Part shown: positions 18,339 to 27,794 of the stretch, piece after piece
Numbering within the stretch: the first letter of the stretch is position 1
Layout: the number at the start of each line of letters is the position of its first letter
Assembly (NCBI RefSeq): GCF_028681615.1
Contig: NZ_JAQUHV010000012.1
Coordinates: 9,152 to 73,151 of the forward strand
Direction of reading: 5' to 3'
Length of the DNA: 64,000 nucleotides
From: Sulfuricurvum sp.
Lineage (GTDB): Bacteria > Campylobacterota > Campylobacteria > Campylobacterales > Sulfurimonadaceae
Made by a program: the position numbers and the translations under genes
The notes under the pieces: model-generated
Database searches by the model: none
Seen by the model: only the letters and a program-made list of their open reading frames with translations
Told to the model about the DNA's origin: nothing

Positions 18339-20138
18339 CTACTTACCGCTCAACTCCCGCGATAGCTTTAAAAATGCGTCTCCGTATCGTTCGAATTTCA
18401 CCTCCCCGATACCGCTGATGCCGAGCATCTCCTCTTTTGTACGCGGAAGCTGTTCGGCGAGTTCATAGAGGGTTTTGTCTCCGAAGACGATGTAGGCAGG
18501 GATGCGGTGTTCTTTGGCGATGGTGGCACGGAGGGTTTTGAAATCCTCGAAATGTATCGGTGCATGAAGATCGCGTGTTTTGGTTTTGACAGAGGCTTTT
18601 TTAGGGGAGAGACGATCTTGTCGGATGTGGACGCTCTGTTTGCCTTTGAGAATCTCTGCACCGCTCGCGGTAAGTTTCAGCGCTTTGTACTCGTCAGGCT
18701 CGATGGCGCCGAGTTCGATGAGCCGTTTGGCAACCGTGTTCCATGTGCTCTTACTCATATCTTTCCCTATCCCGAAAACACTGAGATTTTCATGTGCGTT
18801 GGAGAGGATTTTCTCTTTTTCCTCTCCGCAGAGCACTTCGGAAAGATAGGTTGCGCCGAAACGTTCCCCTGTTTTGTAGAGACACGAGAGGAATTTTTGG
18901 GCGGGGACGGTGATGTCGGTTTTGGGACTGCCTGAGTCTTTGCAGTTGTCGCACCGATCACCGCAGGGTTCTACGGTGTCGCTGAAATAAGAGGCGATCA
19001 GACGGTGACGACACTCTTCGGCGGTGGCATAATCCATCGCGGCACGGAGTTTGGCGAGGATCATCTCGCGATACTGAGGGTCGCTTCCCTCATCGATGAG
19101 TCTTTTTTTGTTGTAAAAATCGCTCCCTGAATAAAAGAGGACGGCTTCGGAGTCGATCCCGTCACGTCCCGCACGCCCGATCTCCTGATAGTAGTTCTCG
19201 ATCGTTTTAGGCAAAGAGGTGTGGATGACGAAGCGGATATCCCCCTTATCGATCCCCATCCCGAATGCGACGGTGGCGACGATGATCTGGGTCTCGTCGT
19301 TTAAGAATGCCTGATGGACGCTTTGGCGCTGCTCTGAACTCATCCCCGCATGGTAGGCCGCACAGCGCAGCGATTTTTTTGATAGAAAGTCGGCGACTTC
19401 TTCGGTCTCTTTGCGGGAAAAGGCGTAGATGATCCCGCTCTCCCCCTCGTGTTTGTTCAAAATGTTCATGAGTTCGGTTCGCCATCCGCTGTCGCGTTCA
19501 CGGACGGTGATCGTGATGTTTTTGCGCAGTACGGGTGCACGTAGTATCAGAGGATCGTTCAGTCCCAACTGGGAGAGGATGTCTTCACGTACTTTCGGGG
19601 TGGCAGTGGCGGTAAAGGCGGCGATAGGGGTATGCGGGAATGCGGAACGTAGCTCGCCGAGTCGTCGGTAGTCGTCGCGGAACTCATGCCCCCATTCACT
19701 GATACAGTGGGCTTCGTCGATGACGAAAAAGTTAATATCCAGTGTCGCCAGCCACGAGATGAATCCTCCGTTTGCCAACCGTTCAGGAGCGATGTAGAGG
19801 AACTTTAAGATGCCGTTTTTTGCTTTTGAAAAGCTCTCCTGCTGCTCTTGTGCCGATTGTGCGGATGAGATCATCGCCGCCTCGATGCCGAGCTCATGGA
19901 GGGCGAGTACCTGATCGTGCATGAGGGCTATAAGAGGAGAAACAACGATAGTTATCCCCTTCATCATTAGGGTAGGGAGCTGATAACAGAGCGATTTTCC
20001 CCCTCCGGTCGGGAGCAGCATCGCCAGATCGCGCCGGCTTAGAATCGCGTCCACCGCCTCTTCTTGCATCTCTCGAAAACCTGGGAATCCGAAGGTATGT
20101 TTGAGGACTTTGTATGTGTCGGTGAGAGGTTCGGACAA
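18339..20138 (-). CDS. recQ: ATP-dependent DNA helicase RecQ
   Basis: 599 aa with DEAH (VIDEAHCISEWGHEFR), the RecQ zinc-binding region (CRH...C..CDNC), and RQC and HRDC-like C-terminal parts. Confidence 0.9.
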   Translation of the reverse strand: MSEPLTDTYKVLKHTFGFPGFREMQEEAVDAILSRRDLAMLLPTGGGKSLCYQLPTLMMKGITIVVSPLIALMHDQVLALHELGIEAAMISSAQSAQEQQESFSKAKNGILKFLYIAPERLANGGFISWLATLDINFFVIDEAHCISEWGHEFRDDYRRLGELRSAFPHTPIAAFTATATPKVREDILSQLGLNDPLILRAPVLRKNITITVRERDSGWRTELMNILNKHEGESGIIYAFSRKETEEVADFLSKKSLRCAAYHAGMSSEQRQSVHQAFLNDETQIIVATVAFGMGIDKGDIRFVIHTSLPKTIENYYQEIGRAGRDGIDSEAVLFYSGSDFYNKKRLIDEGSDPQYREMILAKLRAAMDYATAEECRHRLIASYFSDTVEPCGDRCDNCKDSGSPKTDITVPAQKFLSCLYKTGERFGATYLSEVLCGEEKEKILSNAHENLSVFGIGKDMSKSTWNTVAKRLIELGAIEPDEYKALKLTASGAEILKGKQSVHIRQDRLSPKKASVKTKTRDLHAPIHFEDFKTLRATIAKEHRIPAYIVFGDKTLYELAEQLPRTKEEMLGISGIGEVKFERYGDAFLKLSRELSGK

Positions 20139-20353
20139 GAGGCGCCTTTTCAGGGATGAATTCCGCCATTATAGCATGCAGGTAAAAGATGAAGCAGTGC
20201 TATGCACTTTTAGATTTTATTCTATTCATTATTATCTGCTTCTCTAATAAAAATTCTGACTTTTGGCTCGATTATTGATACAATTGGAAATTCATCCGCT
20301 TCAATGAGTAGAGATTTATATGACATTTTTAGCGGATACGGATTGGGGAGTTA

Positions 20354-20977
20354 ATGAAGCAGATAAACGAGAGTATAAAAGAGCAGATCAAAGAAGCGAT
20401 TGAGAGTGCCGAACGTCAAAGCTCGTGTGAGTTTGTCGCCGTGATTACTCAAAAAAGCGGTAATTATCGAATATACGCTTTTTTCGTTGCGGCACTTAGT
20501 GCATTGCTAATACCCCATTTGATTTTTTGGCTAACCGATTGGTTTAGTATTGAAAAAATATTTCAGTTGCAGATTACTTCCTTTATTCTATTGATGATCC
20601 TCACCCAATTATCCGTAGTCACAAATGGATTAGTTCCTTCGGCGGTCAAACATCGTCAAGCGGCATTGGTTGCACAGCAGAGTTTCCGAAAGTTCGGATT
20701 GTACCGGACGTCGAAGCGGCGGGCAATTTTGTTTTTTGTCTCCATCGATGAGAAATATGCCGAGATCATCACCGATATCGGAATCGATGCGAAAATATCA
20801 ACTGAAACATGGCAAGCGGTTATCGAAGAGTTTCGTCAGAATTTAGAGACGAAAAATGTAGCACAAGGCTATTTGGAAGCGATCGAAGCGTGTGGTGCGA
20901 TTTTGAAGAGAGAATTTCCGGCCGAAGCTGGAGATGTGGACGAGTTGCCGAACGAGCTGATTATCGATCAAAATTGA
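20354..20977 (+). CDS. TPM-domain membrane protein
   Basis: 207 aa with TPM-like segments (CEFVAVITQKSG; ILFFVSIDEKYAEIITDIGIDAKI) interrupted by two TM helices. Confidence 0.55.
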   Translation: MKQINESIKEQIKEAIESAERQSSCEFVAVITQKSGNYRIYAFFVAALSALLIPHLIFWLTDWFSIEKIFQLQITSFILLMILTQLSVVTNGLVPSAVKHRQAALVAQQSFRKFGLYRTSKRRAILFFVSIDEKYAEIITDIGIDAKISTETWQAVIEEFRQNLETKNVAQGYLEAIEACGAILKREFPAEAGDVDELPNELIIDQN

Positions 20978-21040
20978 GAGTGTTTTTACACAAAATTTAT
21001 AGATGATGAGTATGCTTATGCAAAAATAGAAGGATACCCT

Positions 21041-21685
21041 ATGCGTCGTCTTTCCCTGTTATCGATTTTACTTCCGATGTATATGTTCGCCGCTTCAATC
21101 CCTGAAAAAGCCCTTTATCTCCAAGGTCAAAGCGATAAAGGGATCATTTTGGCACACGGTAAAGGGATGAACCCTGATTTTAAAGTCGTTAAGCCTCTGC
21201 GCTTGGCGCTCAATAAAGACATCGGTTTTCATACCTTATCGCTGCAAATGCCCAATCAATACGAAGGGTATGAAGAGTATGAGAAAGAGCAGCCGAAAGT
21301 CGATGCGATGATCGATCAGGCGATCGAGTTTTTACACAGTAAAGGGGTCAAAACGATCTATTTGATGGGGCATTCGCTGGGTGCGGGGATGACCAGCAGT
21401 TATCTGGTTTCTCATCCCAATGCTCCGATCGCGGGTTATATCGCTATTGGGTGCCGTGGAAATAAGAGCAAGCTGATTTCGTGTACCGACAACATGCCGA
21501 AAATTAAGATCAAAACACTCGATATCTGGGGCAGAGGCAACAGCGAAGATGAAAATTTTGCTGTACTGCGTGCGCCGCTTGTCGCAGAACATTATCAACA
21601 GTACGGTGTCGAAGGTGCGGATCATCTCTTGGACGGATCGATGGAATTTGTCGTTGAGGACGTTGAAGGGTGGTTGGAGCAGTAG
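21041..21685 (+). CDS. secreted alpha/beta hydrolase
   Basis: 214 aa with a signal peptide and a GHSLGAG nucleophile elbow. Confidence 0.6.
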   Translation: MRRLSLLSILLPMYMFAASIPEKALYLQGQSDKGIILAHGKGMNPDFKVVKPLRLALNKDIGFHTLSLQMPNQYEGYEEYEKEQPKVDAMIDQAIEFLHSKGVKTIYLMGHSLGAGMTSSYLVSHPNAPIAGYIAIGCRGNKSKLISCTDNMPKIKIKTLDIWGRGNSEDENFAVLRAPLVAEHYQQYGVEGADHLLDGSMEFVVEDVEGWLEQ

Positions 21686-21758
21686 AGATATTTGAATAAT
21701 AAATATGCTGCAAGCTTTTATGTTGTATTATATTTAAAAGAATTATGAGGTTCCAGGA

Positions 21759-22340
21759 ATGCAACGTAACACTATTCACTTTTTTATCATCATTATAGCG
21801 CTGGCAATGTTTGCAGGATGTGCACAGCATAGCGTCGAAAAAGATACGATACTTCCGGGACCTAAAGCCGACACCAATGCTTCGTCCGCACATCTGGCTA
21901 CTGTACCGGTAGAAAAGACGGCAGAGAATAAAAAAAGTCCGCCTAGTAAAATCGCTTCTAAAAAAGAGCTCTCTAAAAAATCCAATAAAACTTCCATGAG
22001 TACGGAAGCGGAAATCGAAGTCAATATTGATGAACTCAATCAAAAGGTCAAAGAGAATAAAACAAGGGAAGTTCGCGAAATCTTGCATGCAAATCCGAAA
22101 GCGTTCGAGATGATCGAAGAATCCGATAATAAACTTTTTTATGTCGGTCCGAGCGGCTGGAGAGTAATCAATATCATAGAAGGGTTACGGAACAAGCGAT
22201 TACATCAAAAAGAGATTATAAAACACATTCAAACAGCCAAATCACCCTATAAAATGTACACATACCATGAAATTCAAGTGTTGTTGAAAAATAAAATCCC
22301 ATTTCGAGTCATAAATACGATGATGACGGTCTCGAAGTAG
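21759..22340 (+). CDS. lipoprotein, function unknown
   Basis: 193 aa with a lipobox LAMFAGC followed by a Lys/Ser/Glu-rich low-complexity region. Confidence 0.5.
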   Translation: MQRNTIHFFIIIIALAMFAGCAQHSVEKDTILPGPKADTNASSAHLATVPVEKTAENKKSPPSKIASKKELSKKSNKTSMSTEAEIEVNIDELNQKVKENKTREVREILHANPKAFEMIEESDNKLFYVGPSGWRVINIIEGLRNKRLHQKEIIKHIQTAKSPYKMYTYHEIQVLLKNKIPFRVINTMMTVSK

Positions 22341-22344
22341 GGCA

Positions 22345-23850
22345 TTATTCCCAGATTACAGTATTACGTCCGCTCTCTTTTGCCCGATATAATTTTTGGT
22401 CTGCATCATTCAAGAATTCGGAAAAACTTTTAAACTGCGGCTGAAATTCAGAGACACCCAGACTGACGGTGCAGGATACCGATCCGTTTATGGACGGGAT
22501 AACCAACGATGCAATGCTCTCTTTGATCTCTTCAGCTAAAATTACCGCTTGTTCAACAGAGATACTTGGCAGTAAAAGGACAAATTCTTCCCCCCCGATA
22601 CGGGCAAAAATGTCATCTTTACGAATGCGTGTTTTGACGCTTTGGGTAATGCAGATCAGAACATTATCACCGCTTTGATGGCCATAAGTATCATTGATGA
22701 CTTTAAAAAAGTCGATATCGAATAAGATTAACGATAACGGAGTCCTATATCGTGCGGCATGGGCGATTTCCCTCGTTGCATTCTCTTCGAGATAGCGCCG
22801 GTTGTAAATGTGGGTGAGCGGATCGGTAATGGCCAACTGCATCAGCATCTCATTCGCTTTTTGAAGTTCTGCCGTTTTCTTTTGTATTTCGCTCTCAAGA
22901 TTTTGGGCCAATGACTCCAATGCATTGTTCGATTGCAAAAGCAAATCGTTCGTTTCATTGACCTGACGGAGCAAAACTCCGAAAAAGAGGGTTGATGTCA
23001 TAAGTGCCGCGATAAATTCCTGTATGTAGAGCGTATTCTGTACGGGGGTAAAAACCGAGAACGGACCCTGATGGTGAATGGTGTAATAAATAGCGATCAT
23101 ACTGATGATCATCCCCATCGTCATCCCTGAACGGAGTCCGTTACGATAGACGATCCATAGGGTAATCAAAACAAAAATCATGGGGGTTGTGGGTAGGACA
23201 CTCGGGGTAAATCCGATCGAAAAAAGGGAAAACGCAAGGGCAATAGTCGCGGTATCGGTAAAAATGGATTCGTAAAGATGCTGAGTGAAAAGAAATTTTT
23301 TCGGGTATTCCAACCAAGAAAGGATAAAAGGGGTTAGGAATAGTATACCGAGTGAATCGCCGAAAAACCGGATTCGCCAAGAAGCTATAAAGTCATCCAG
23401 TACGTCGATTTGAGTGTTATAGAAAAGCTCTACGAAGAGTGCGCTGAACGATGGGTTGATTGCAAGGGCGATAACGATGAACAAAAGGACAAAACGGATA
23501 TTGTTGAAACTTTGATGCGTCGTACAAAGGCGTTGCATAAGATAGGCGGAGAGCATGGTTTCTCCGAGATTGATCATCGCAAACCAAAATGCCTGAAGAG
23601 GAGTAAAAACGGAACTGTCGGCAATGACTTCAGCTGTAATGATCGATAATGCAATCCATATCCATTCTCGTACAGGGCGCAGGAGAAAAGCCGCTAATAA
23701 GATACCGTTTTGGAACCAAACGATCGACATCCCCTCACTCATGGTAGTAAAGGCAAGGCTAAACTTATTTGCAGCAATATAAGCAGCCATCAAAATGAGG
23801 AGAAAGAGCGGATAGTATTTAATTATATGGAAACGTTTATCGATATCCAT
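22345..23850 (-). CDS. diguanylate cyclase with an N-terminal MASE1-like membrane sensor domain
   Basis: 501 aa with about 8 TM segments, a coiled coil, and a GGDEF domain (RIGGEEFVLLL). Confidence 0.8.
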   Translation of the reverse strand: MDIDKRFHIIKYYPLFLLILMAAYIAANKFSLAFTTMSEGMSIVWFQNGILLAAFLLRPVREWIWIALSIITAEVIADSSVFTPLQAFWFAMINLGETMLSAYLMQRLCTTHQSFNNIRFVLLFIVIALAINPSFSALFVELFYNTQIDVLDDFIASWRIRFFGDSLGILFLTPFILSWLEYPKKFLFTQHLYESIFTDTATIALAFSLFSIGFTPSVLPTTPMIFVLITLWIVYRNGLRSGMTMGMIISMIAIYYTIHHQGPFSVFTPVQNTLYIQEFIAALMTSTLFFGVLLRQVNETNDLLLQSNNALESLAQNLESEIQKKTAELQKANEMLMQLAITDPLTHIYNRRYLEENATREIAHAARYRTPLSLILFDIDFFKVINDTYGHQSGDNVLICITQSVKTRIRKDDIFARIGGEEFVLLLPSISVEQAVILAEEIKESIASLVIPSINGSVSCTVSLGVSEFQPQFKSFSEFLNDADQKLYRAKESGRNTVIWE

Positions 23851-23920
23851 ACTGCTTCCTCCTTATCGGGAAAAGAATCATTATAGCTTATAAATGTAGC
23901 ACGAGTTGATTTTAAAACCT

Positions 23921-25090
23921 TTAAGGAGTTGTATTGAATCGGATATTAAAGGTTGTCCCTTCATGAAGATGCGATTCAACTGTGATCGGAAAATGGTATT
24001 CCTGACAAATCATATGGACGATATTGAGGCCGATTCCGAATCCTCCGTTTGCATCATCAAAACGGGTATAGCGTAAAAAAATATCGTTTAGTTTATCTTT
24101 GGGTATTCCGATACCTGTATCGCTAACGGATAAAAGGCCGTTTTTTAAAACGACTGTAATATGTCCGGAGCGTTTATTATATTTGATAGCATTGGAGAGG
24201 AGATTATCGAGAACTCGAATCAGTTTTTCCGAATGGGCTTTTACAAACGTGGGTTGAATATTCAACTCAAAAGTGATTTTTTTGGCATCGGCAAGTGGAC
24301 GAAAATAATGGATGCGTTCTTCGAGTATGGGGGCAAGATCGAGTGATTGTACGGCATAGGCAGTTTTTTGATAGAGTGTCAGAAACGTCAGGTCGTTGTA
24401 CAGATGCGAAATCGTCCGTAGTGCAACCGTTATGCGCCCAAGATGTTTGTCGATTTTCGGATCGGGTCCTTCTTCATACAAACGTTCGACACTCATTGTA
24501 ATAATCGAGAGAGGCGTATTGAGCTCGTGGGTCGTATCCCGAATAAAACGGTCGAGTTTACTGATATACACGCGCAACGGGCGAAGAAAAAGTTTGGAGA
24601 GCGTATAGATGACAAGCGTCATAAAGATGATTGAGAAGGTCAATACGATAAAAATACTTTTACGGGTTTTGGCAAGTTCTTTGTCAATGGAATCGGCACG
24701 GATGACTAAATATCGGCAGCGGTGGAGCTTTTCCATATCGATCGGTTCTATAGAATAGAAGTGATTGTTATATTCGAAAACGCCTAATTTAAAGGGGATT
24801 GCAAAAGGTTTGTCTGACGTATAGACGACTTTTTTTTTGTCATCCAGGATGGCTACTTCAAAACGGGGATCGCCGATCATCCAGTCTTTGATGTCCTGTA
24901 TGGAAGTGGCAGAGTAGATGTTTTCATCCACTTTATCCGCATAATAGCGTATTGAATTTTGGCGTATATCGAAATAGATGTTTTTTTGATAGTAATAATA
25001 GAGGATCGAGAGGGTCAATAAAAACAGGGTATTCAGGCCAACAAAGACCGATACGAACTGGATGAGTGGTTTGCGTTCAATGTTGAGCAA
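23921..25090 (-). CDS. sensor histidine kinase
   Basis: 389 aa with two TM segments, H-box THELNTPLS, N-box LLSNAIKYN, and G-boxes DTGIGIP and GFGIGLN. Overlaps the upstream response regulator gene. Confidence 0.8.
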   Translation of the reverse strand: MLNIERKPLIQFVSVFVGLNTLFLLTLSILYYYYQKNIYFDIRQNSIRYYADKVDENIYSATSIQDIKDWMIGDPRFEVAILDDKKKVVYTSDKPFAIPFKLGVFEYNNHFYSIEPIDMEKLHRCRYLVIRADSIDKELAKTRKSIFIVLTFSIIFMTLVIYTLSKLFLRPLRVYISKLDRFIRDTTHELNTPLSIITMSVERLYEEGPDPKIDKHLGRITVALRTISHLYNDLTFLTLYQKTAYAVQSLDLAPILEERIHYFRPLADAKKITFELNIQPTFVKAHSEKLIRVLDNLLSNAIKYNKRSGHITVVLKNGLLSVSDTGIGIPKDKLNDIFLRYTRFDDANGGFGIGLNIVHMICQEYHFPITVESHLHEGTTFNIRFNTTP

Positions 25091-25766
25091 GATAATAACC
25101 CTGACCCCGTATATTGACGATGGTCTCTTTCCCTAAGATCTTGCGGAGATTCTTGATGTGGGTTCGCAGACTTTCTTCTTTTGTGTCATCATCGTAGTCC
25201 CATGCGGCGGAAAAAAATTGCTCATTACTGATTATTTCTCCGGGATGGGTGAGGAGCATTTTGAGTATTTTCGACTCTTTTCTGGCTAGGGGTACCTCTT
25301 TATCATCTTCATAAAGCCGATTGAGCTGAGGGTTAAAATAGATATTTTTTGTAATGGTGATTTTATCGTTTGATTTATGGAAAAATTGTCGCTTCATAAG
25401 CGATTTGATCCTGATTTCCAGTTCTTTGAGCTCAAAAGGTTTGCGTAGAAAATCATCGCATCCCGAATCAAATGCTTTGGAAAGGTCATCGATGCTTGAG
25501 AGGGAACTGATAAAAATAGCAGGGTTCTCTTTTCCCTCGTGACGGAGTTGCTTTAATACATCGAAACCGTTTTGTAACGGCACTTTGATATCCAGTAAGT
25601 AGAGGTCAAATGCTTCATCGTAGGCGGTATCCACTGCTTCGAAACCGTCATAGACACAGACGACTTCATATCCGAGTTCTTCAAGGAACTCTTGAATGAT
25701 TTCAGAGAGGGTTTCATCGTCTTCTAGCAATAAAATTTTTTGGCGCGATATTGGATTGGTTTGCAT
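25077..25766 (-). CDS. OmpR-family response regulator
   Basis: 229 aa with a receiver domain (DLYLLDIKVP, KPF) and a winged-helix C-terminus (RGQGYYL). Confidence 0.85.
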   Translation of the reverse strand: MQTNPISRQKILLLEDDETLSEIIQEFLEELGYEVVCVYDGFEAVDTAYDEAFDLYLLDIKVPLQNGFDVLKQLRHEGKENPAIFISSLSSIDDLSKAFDSGCDDFLRKPFELKELEIRIKSLMKRQFFHKSNDKITITKNIYFNPQLNRLYEDDKEVPLARKESKILKMLLTHPGEIISNEQFFSAAWDYDDDTKEESLRTHIKNLRKILGKETIVNIRGQGYYLAQH

Positions 25767-25851
25767 AGTCGGATTATAGCATCGTTAGAAAATAGAACTC
25801 ATCCTTTATCAAAAAGTCTTACAATTTTTTAAGCAATTTATTCTATAATAA

Positions 25852-25875
25852 CGTTATATCATTTAAGATATAACG
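25852..25875. promoter_or_regulatory. perfect spaced palindrome CGTTATATC-ATTTAA-GATATAACG; candidate ModE-type operator (box 1)
   Basis: Perfect 9+9 inverted repeat with a 6-nt spacer, immediately downstream of a TATAAT at 25844-25849 and 20 nt upstream of ATG 25896. Confidence 0.5.
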
Positions 25876-25895
25876 TTTGAATGAAAGGGGTTGAT

Positions 25896-26411
25896 ATGAC
25901 AAAAATAATGAGTAGGGGGATAAAAAACATTACCCCTGAAATTCCCGCGTTGCCGTCACTCCATCTGTATATGATATGGGGAGAGGAGAAAATCCGTCAA
26001 ATGGTCCGTTATCACCACAATTTACTGCGTCTTAGTGAATTGGATAATTTCTTATCGAATGATCACGATAAGTTTGAACATGCTACTCGTAAAACTGCTG
26101 ATTTTTTTGTGGATGTTCTATCGAATGGTAGATTTTCAAAAACACAATACGCTTATCCGGCTCTAAAAATGCGTTATTTTCAAATAACCGTTGATGAACA
26201 TGCACGTGATGTATGGCTGGAGATGTATAAAAAAGCGATCAAAGATATGAAAATGCCATCTGAATGCATCGAAGATTTTTGGAATTGGATTGAACCTTTG
26301 TCACTTTGGATGATCAACCGTCGCACCATGGCACACGTACCCCGATATCCTTATAAAGATATTTGGATTGACTTTGTAGAGATGAAGATGTTTGGTTCGT
26401 GCAGTGGATAG
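25896..26411 (+). CDS. globin-like protein resembling group II truncated hemoglobin (paralogue A; proximal-His position is Tyr)
   Basis: Aligns by eye to the trHbO core (YPALKMRYFQITVDEHARDVWL against GHPRLRMRHAPFRI..RDAWL) and to paralogue B at 50456-51034. Start set at ATG 25896 (AAAGGGG SD); ATG 25881 is also possible. Confidence 0.6.
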   Translation: MTKIMSRGIKNITPEIPALPSLHLYMIWGEEKIRQMVRYHHNLLRLSELDNFLSNDHDKFEHATRKTADFFVDVLSNGRFSKTQYAYPALKMRYFQITVDEHARDVWLEMYKKAIKDMKMPSECIEDFWNWIEPLSLWMINRRTMAHVPRYPYKDIWIDFVEMKMFGSCSG

Positions 26412-26437
26412 GCATAGAGGAGGGGAGGATAGTCTTC

Positions 26438-26483
26438 TCAGTCAATTTCATTTAGATGGTATTGACTGAGGCGACTACGCCTC
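26438..26483 (+). terminator. two overlapping hairpins downstream of the globin-like gene
   Basis: TCAGTCAAT-N14-ATTGACTGA (26438-26469) and GAGGCG-acta-CGCCTC (26468-26483). No clear U-tract. Confidence 0.3.
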
Positions 26484-26499
26484 AAAGACATCGACAATA

Positions 26500-26604
26500 C
26501 CGTTTTATGTATCATTGGAATTTTTTTAGCTCCTGCTCTGCTCTTGCGTTAATTGCGAATTACCACTTCATAAATACGTAGATTCTAGATGATACATAAA
26601 ACGG
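26500..26604. repeat. 16-bp perfect inverted repeat flanking a 73-bp spacer
   Basis: CCGTTTTATGTATCAT (26500-26515) and ATGATACATAAAACGG (26589-26604), in a convergent intergenic region. Confidence 0.6.
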
Positions 26605-26626
26605 GGAGGTAAGACAATCGACCTCC
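26605..26626 (-). terminator. hairpin immediately after the stop of the 26628 gene
   Basis: GGAGGT-N10-ACCTCC. On the minus strand it is followed by CCGTTTTATG. Confidence 0.35.
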
Positions 26627-26627
26627 A

Positions 26628-27140
26628 TTACGCTGCAAAAATCAGGTTTCCGCTATAAAGTTCATGTGAAGATGTTTTCATTGGCTCTTTTTGAAGCATG
26701 ATCGAAAAGATTTTCATTGCATCGGTGCGGTTTTTGGAAGCGATGGTTTCAATCGCTTCTTCCATATCAATTACCATGATGTGTTCATGATGTAATTTGT
26801 CTCGAATAGCTATGGTATCCAAACCCAAAAAGCGGCAAAATTCTCCCAGACTCTTAGTGTGCAGAGCATTGGGCAAAAGTTGTGATGCGCATGAAGATGT
26901 TATTTCTCCCATCGATGCGAGAGACACTATCTGTTCTGAGAGTTTTTTCAGTTTTTGCCGCATCATATAAACATGCATCGGGATGACACCCAAAAAGAGA
27001 AATCCGGCACCCATATGATAACCCGTTACATCAAACGGATAAAGTCCGGATTGATTCAGAACGACAGTGATTACAATCATAAGGACACTGGCGATCATTA
27101 ACGAAATCGTTACCGCTTTTAATACTACTCTACTTTTCAT
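26628..27140 (-). CDS. membrane protein (2 TM plus a cytoplasmic Cys-containing domain), paralogue of 35340-35825
   Basis: Start set at MKSRVVLK (AAGGGG SD). Shares the HxYxxRxKLKKL juxtamembrane motif, L(G/R)E(F/L)C and IAxxNxxDxxKIF with the 35340 gene. Confidence 0.5.
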   Translation of the reverse strand: MKSRVVLKAVTISLMIASVLMIVITVVLNQSGLYPFDVTGYHMGAGFLFLGVIPMHVYMMRQKLKKLSEQIVSLASMGEITSSCASQLLPNALHTKSLGEFCRFLGLDTIAIRDKLHHEHIMVIDMEEAIETIASKNRTDAMKIFSIMLQKEPMKTSSHELYSGNLIFAA

Positions 27141-27164
27141 CTCTACCCCTTTTTGAAAAAAGTA

Positions 27165-27188
27165 CATTATATCTTTTTTGATATAATG
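27165..27188. promoter_or_regulatory. perfect spaced palindrome CATTATATC-TTTTTT-GATATAATG; candidate ModE-type operator (box 2)
   Basis: Perfect 9+9 inverted repeat with a 6-nt spacer in the divergent region between 27140 (-) and mop 27367 (+). Confidence 0.45.
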
Positions 27189-27272
27189 ATTGATGTTATG
27201 ATATATGCATAAAGTATTCACGATGAACGGGTAGATTATTTCGATTAATATTAAACAAAAATAAGTATGCGC

Positions 27273-27289
27273 TATATCATCATATACAT
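27273..27289. promoter_or_regulatory. TATAT-N7-TACAT element upstream of mop
   Basis: TATATcatcataTACAT matches the E. coli ModE descriptor TATAT-N7-TAYAT as I recall it. It lies 78 nt upstream of the mop ATG. Confidence 0.35.
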
Positions 27290-27366
27290 AAGCTAAAATT
27301 TAAGTTTATTTGCGTGATACTTTCGTCAACCGCAGACATTCATCCAAAATTTTTAAAGGATATGTC

Positions 27367-27783
27367 ATGAAAACAAGTGCACGTAACGAGATCAAAGGGA
27401 CCATTACCGAGATCAAAAAAGGTCAGATTAACAGTGAAGTTGTCCTCTCGGTAGGCGGCGATGTCGTTTTGAAATCTGTAATTACCAATGATTCTGTAGA
27501 TGAGATGGAATTAGTCGTCGGCGAAACGATTTGTGCCATCATCAAAGCTCCCTTTGTTATGGTTGCAAAAGAAAAACCGGGTAAAATCAGCACTCGAAAT
27601 ATCATTGAAACCAAAGTAACCGAAGTAAAAAAAGGGATCGTTAACGGCGAATTGAAACTCGCTATGGGTGATCAAACCCTCACTGCCGTAATCACGGAAG
27701 ATTCTGTCGAAGATTTGGATTTTAAAGTAGGCGATACCGTTTACGCCCTCATCAAAGCAAACTTCATCATCCTCGCTAAATAA
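27367..27783 (+). CDS. mop: molybdenum-pterin-binding protein Mop (tandem TOBE domains)
   Basis: 138 aa from MKTSARNEIKGTITEIK (AAAGGA SD). Two TOBE repeats, each beginning with SARN/STRN...G.V.E. Confidence 0.8.
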   Translation: MKTSARNEIKGTITEIKKGQINSEVVLSVGGDVVLKSVITNDSVDEMELVVGETICAIIKAPFVMVAKEKPGKISTRNIIETKVTEVKKGIVNGELKLAMGDQTLTAVITEDSVEDLDFKVGDTVYALIKANFIILAK

Positions 27784-27794
27784 TTCTCTCTTTT

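Noticed and set aside
27180-27204. Calling the CATTATATC/GATATAATG-type boxes (here and at 43571-43594) Fur boxes
   Set aside because: They have some resemblance to GATAATGAT repeats, and a Fur gene and TonB receptors are present. However, they share the exact 9-N6-9 architecture with the boxes in front of modA and modD-modBC. I kept the ModE interpretation but cannot exclude dual or Fur control.
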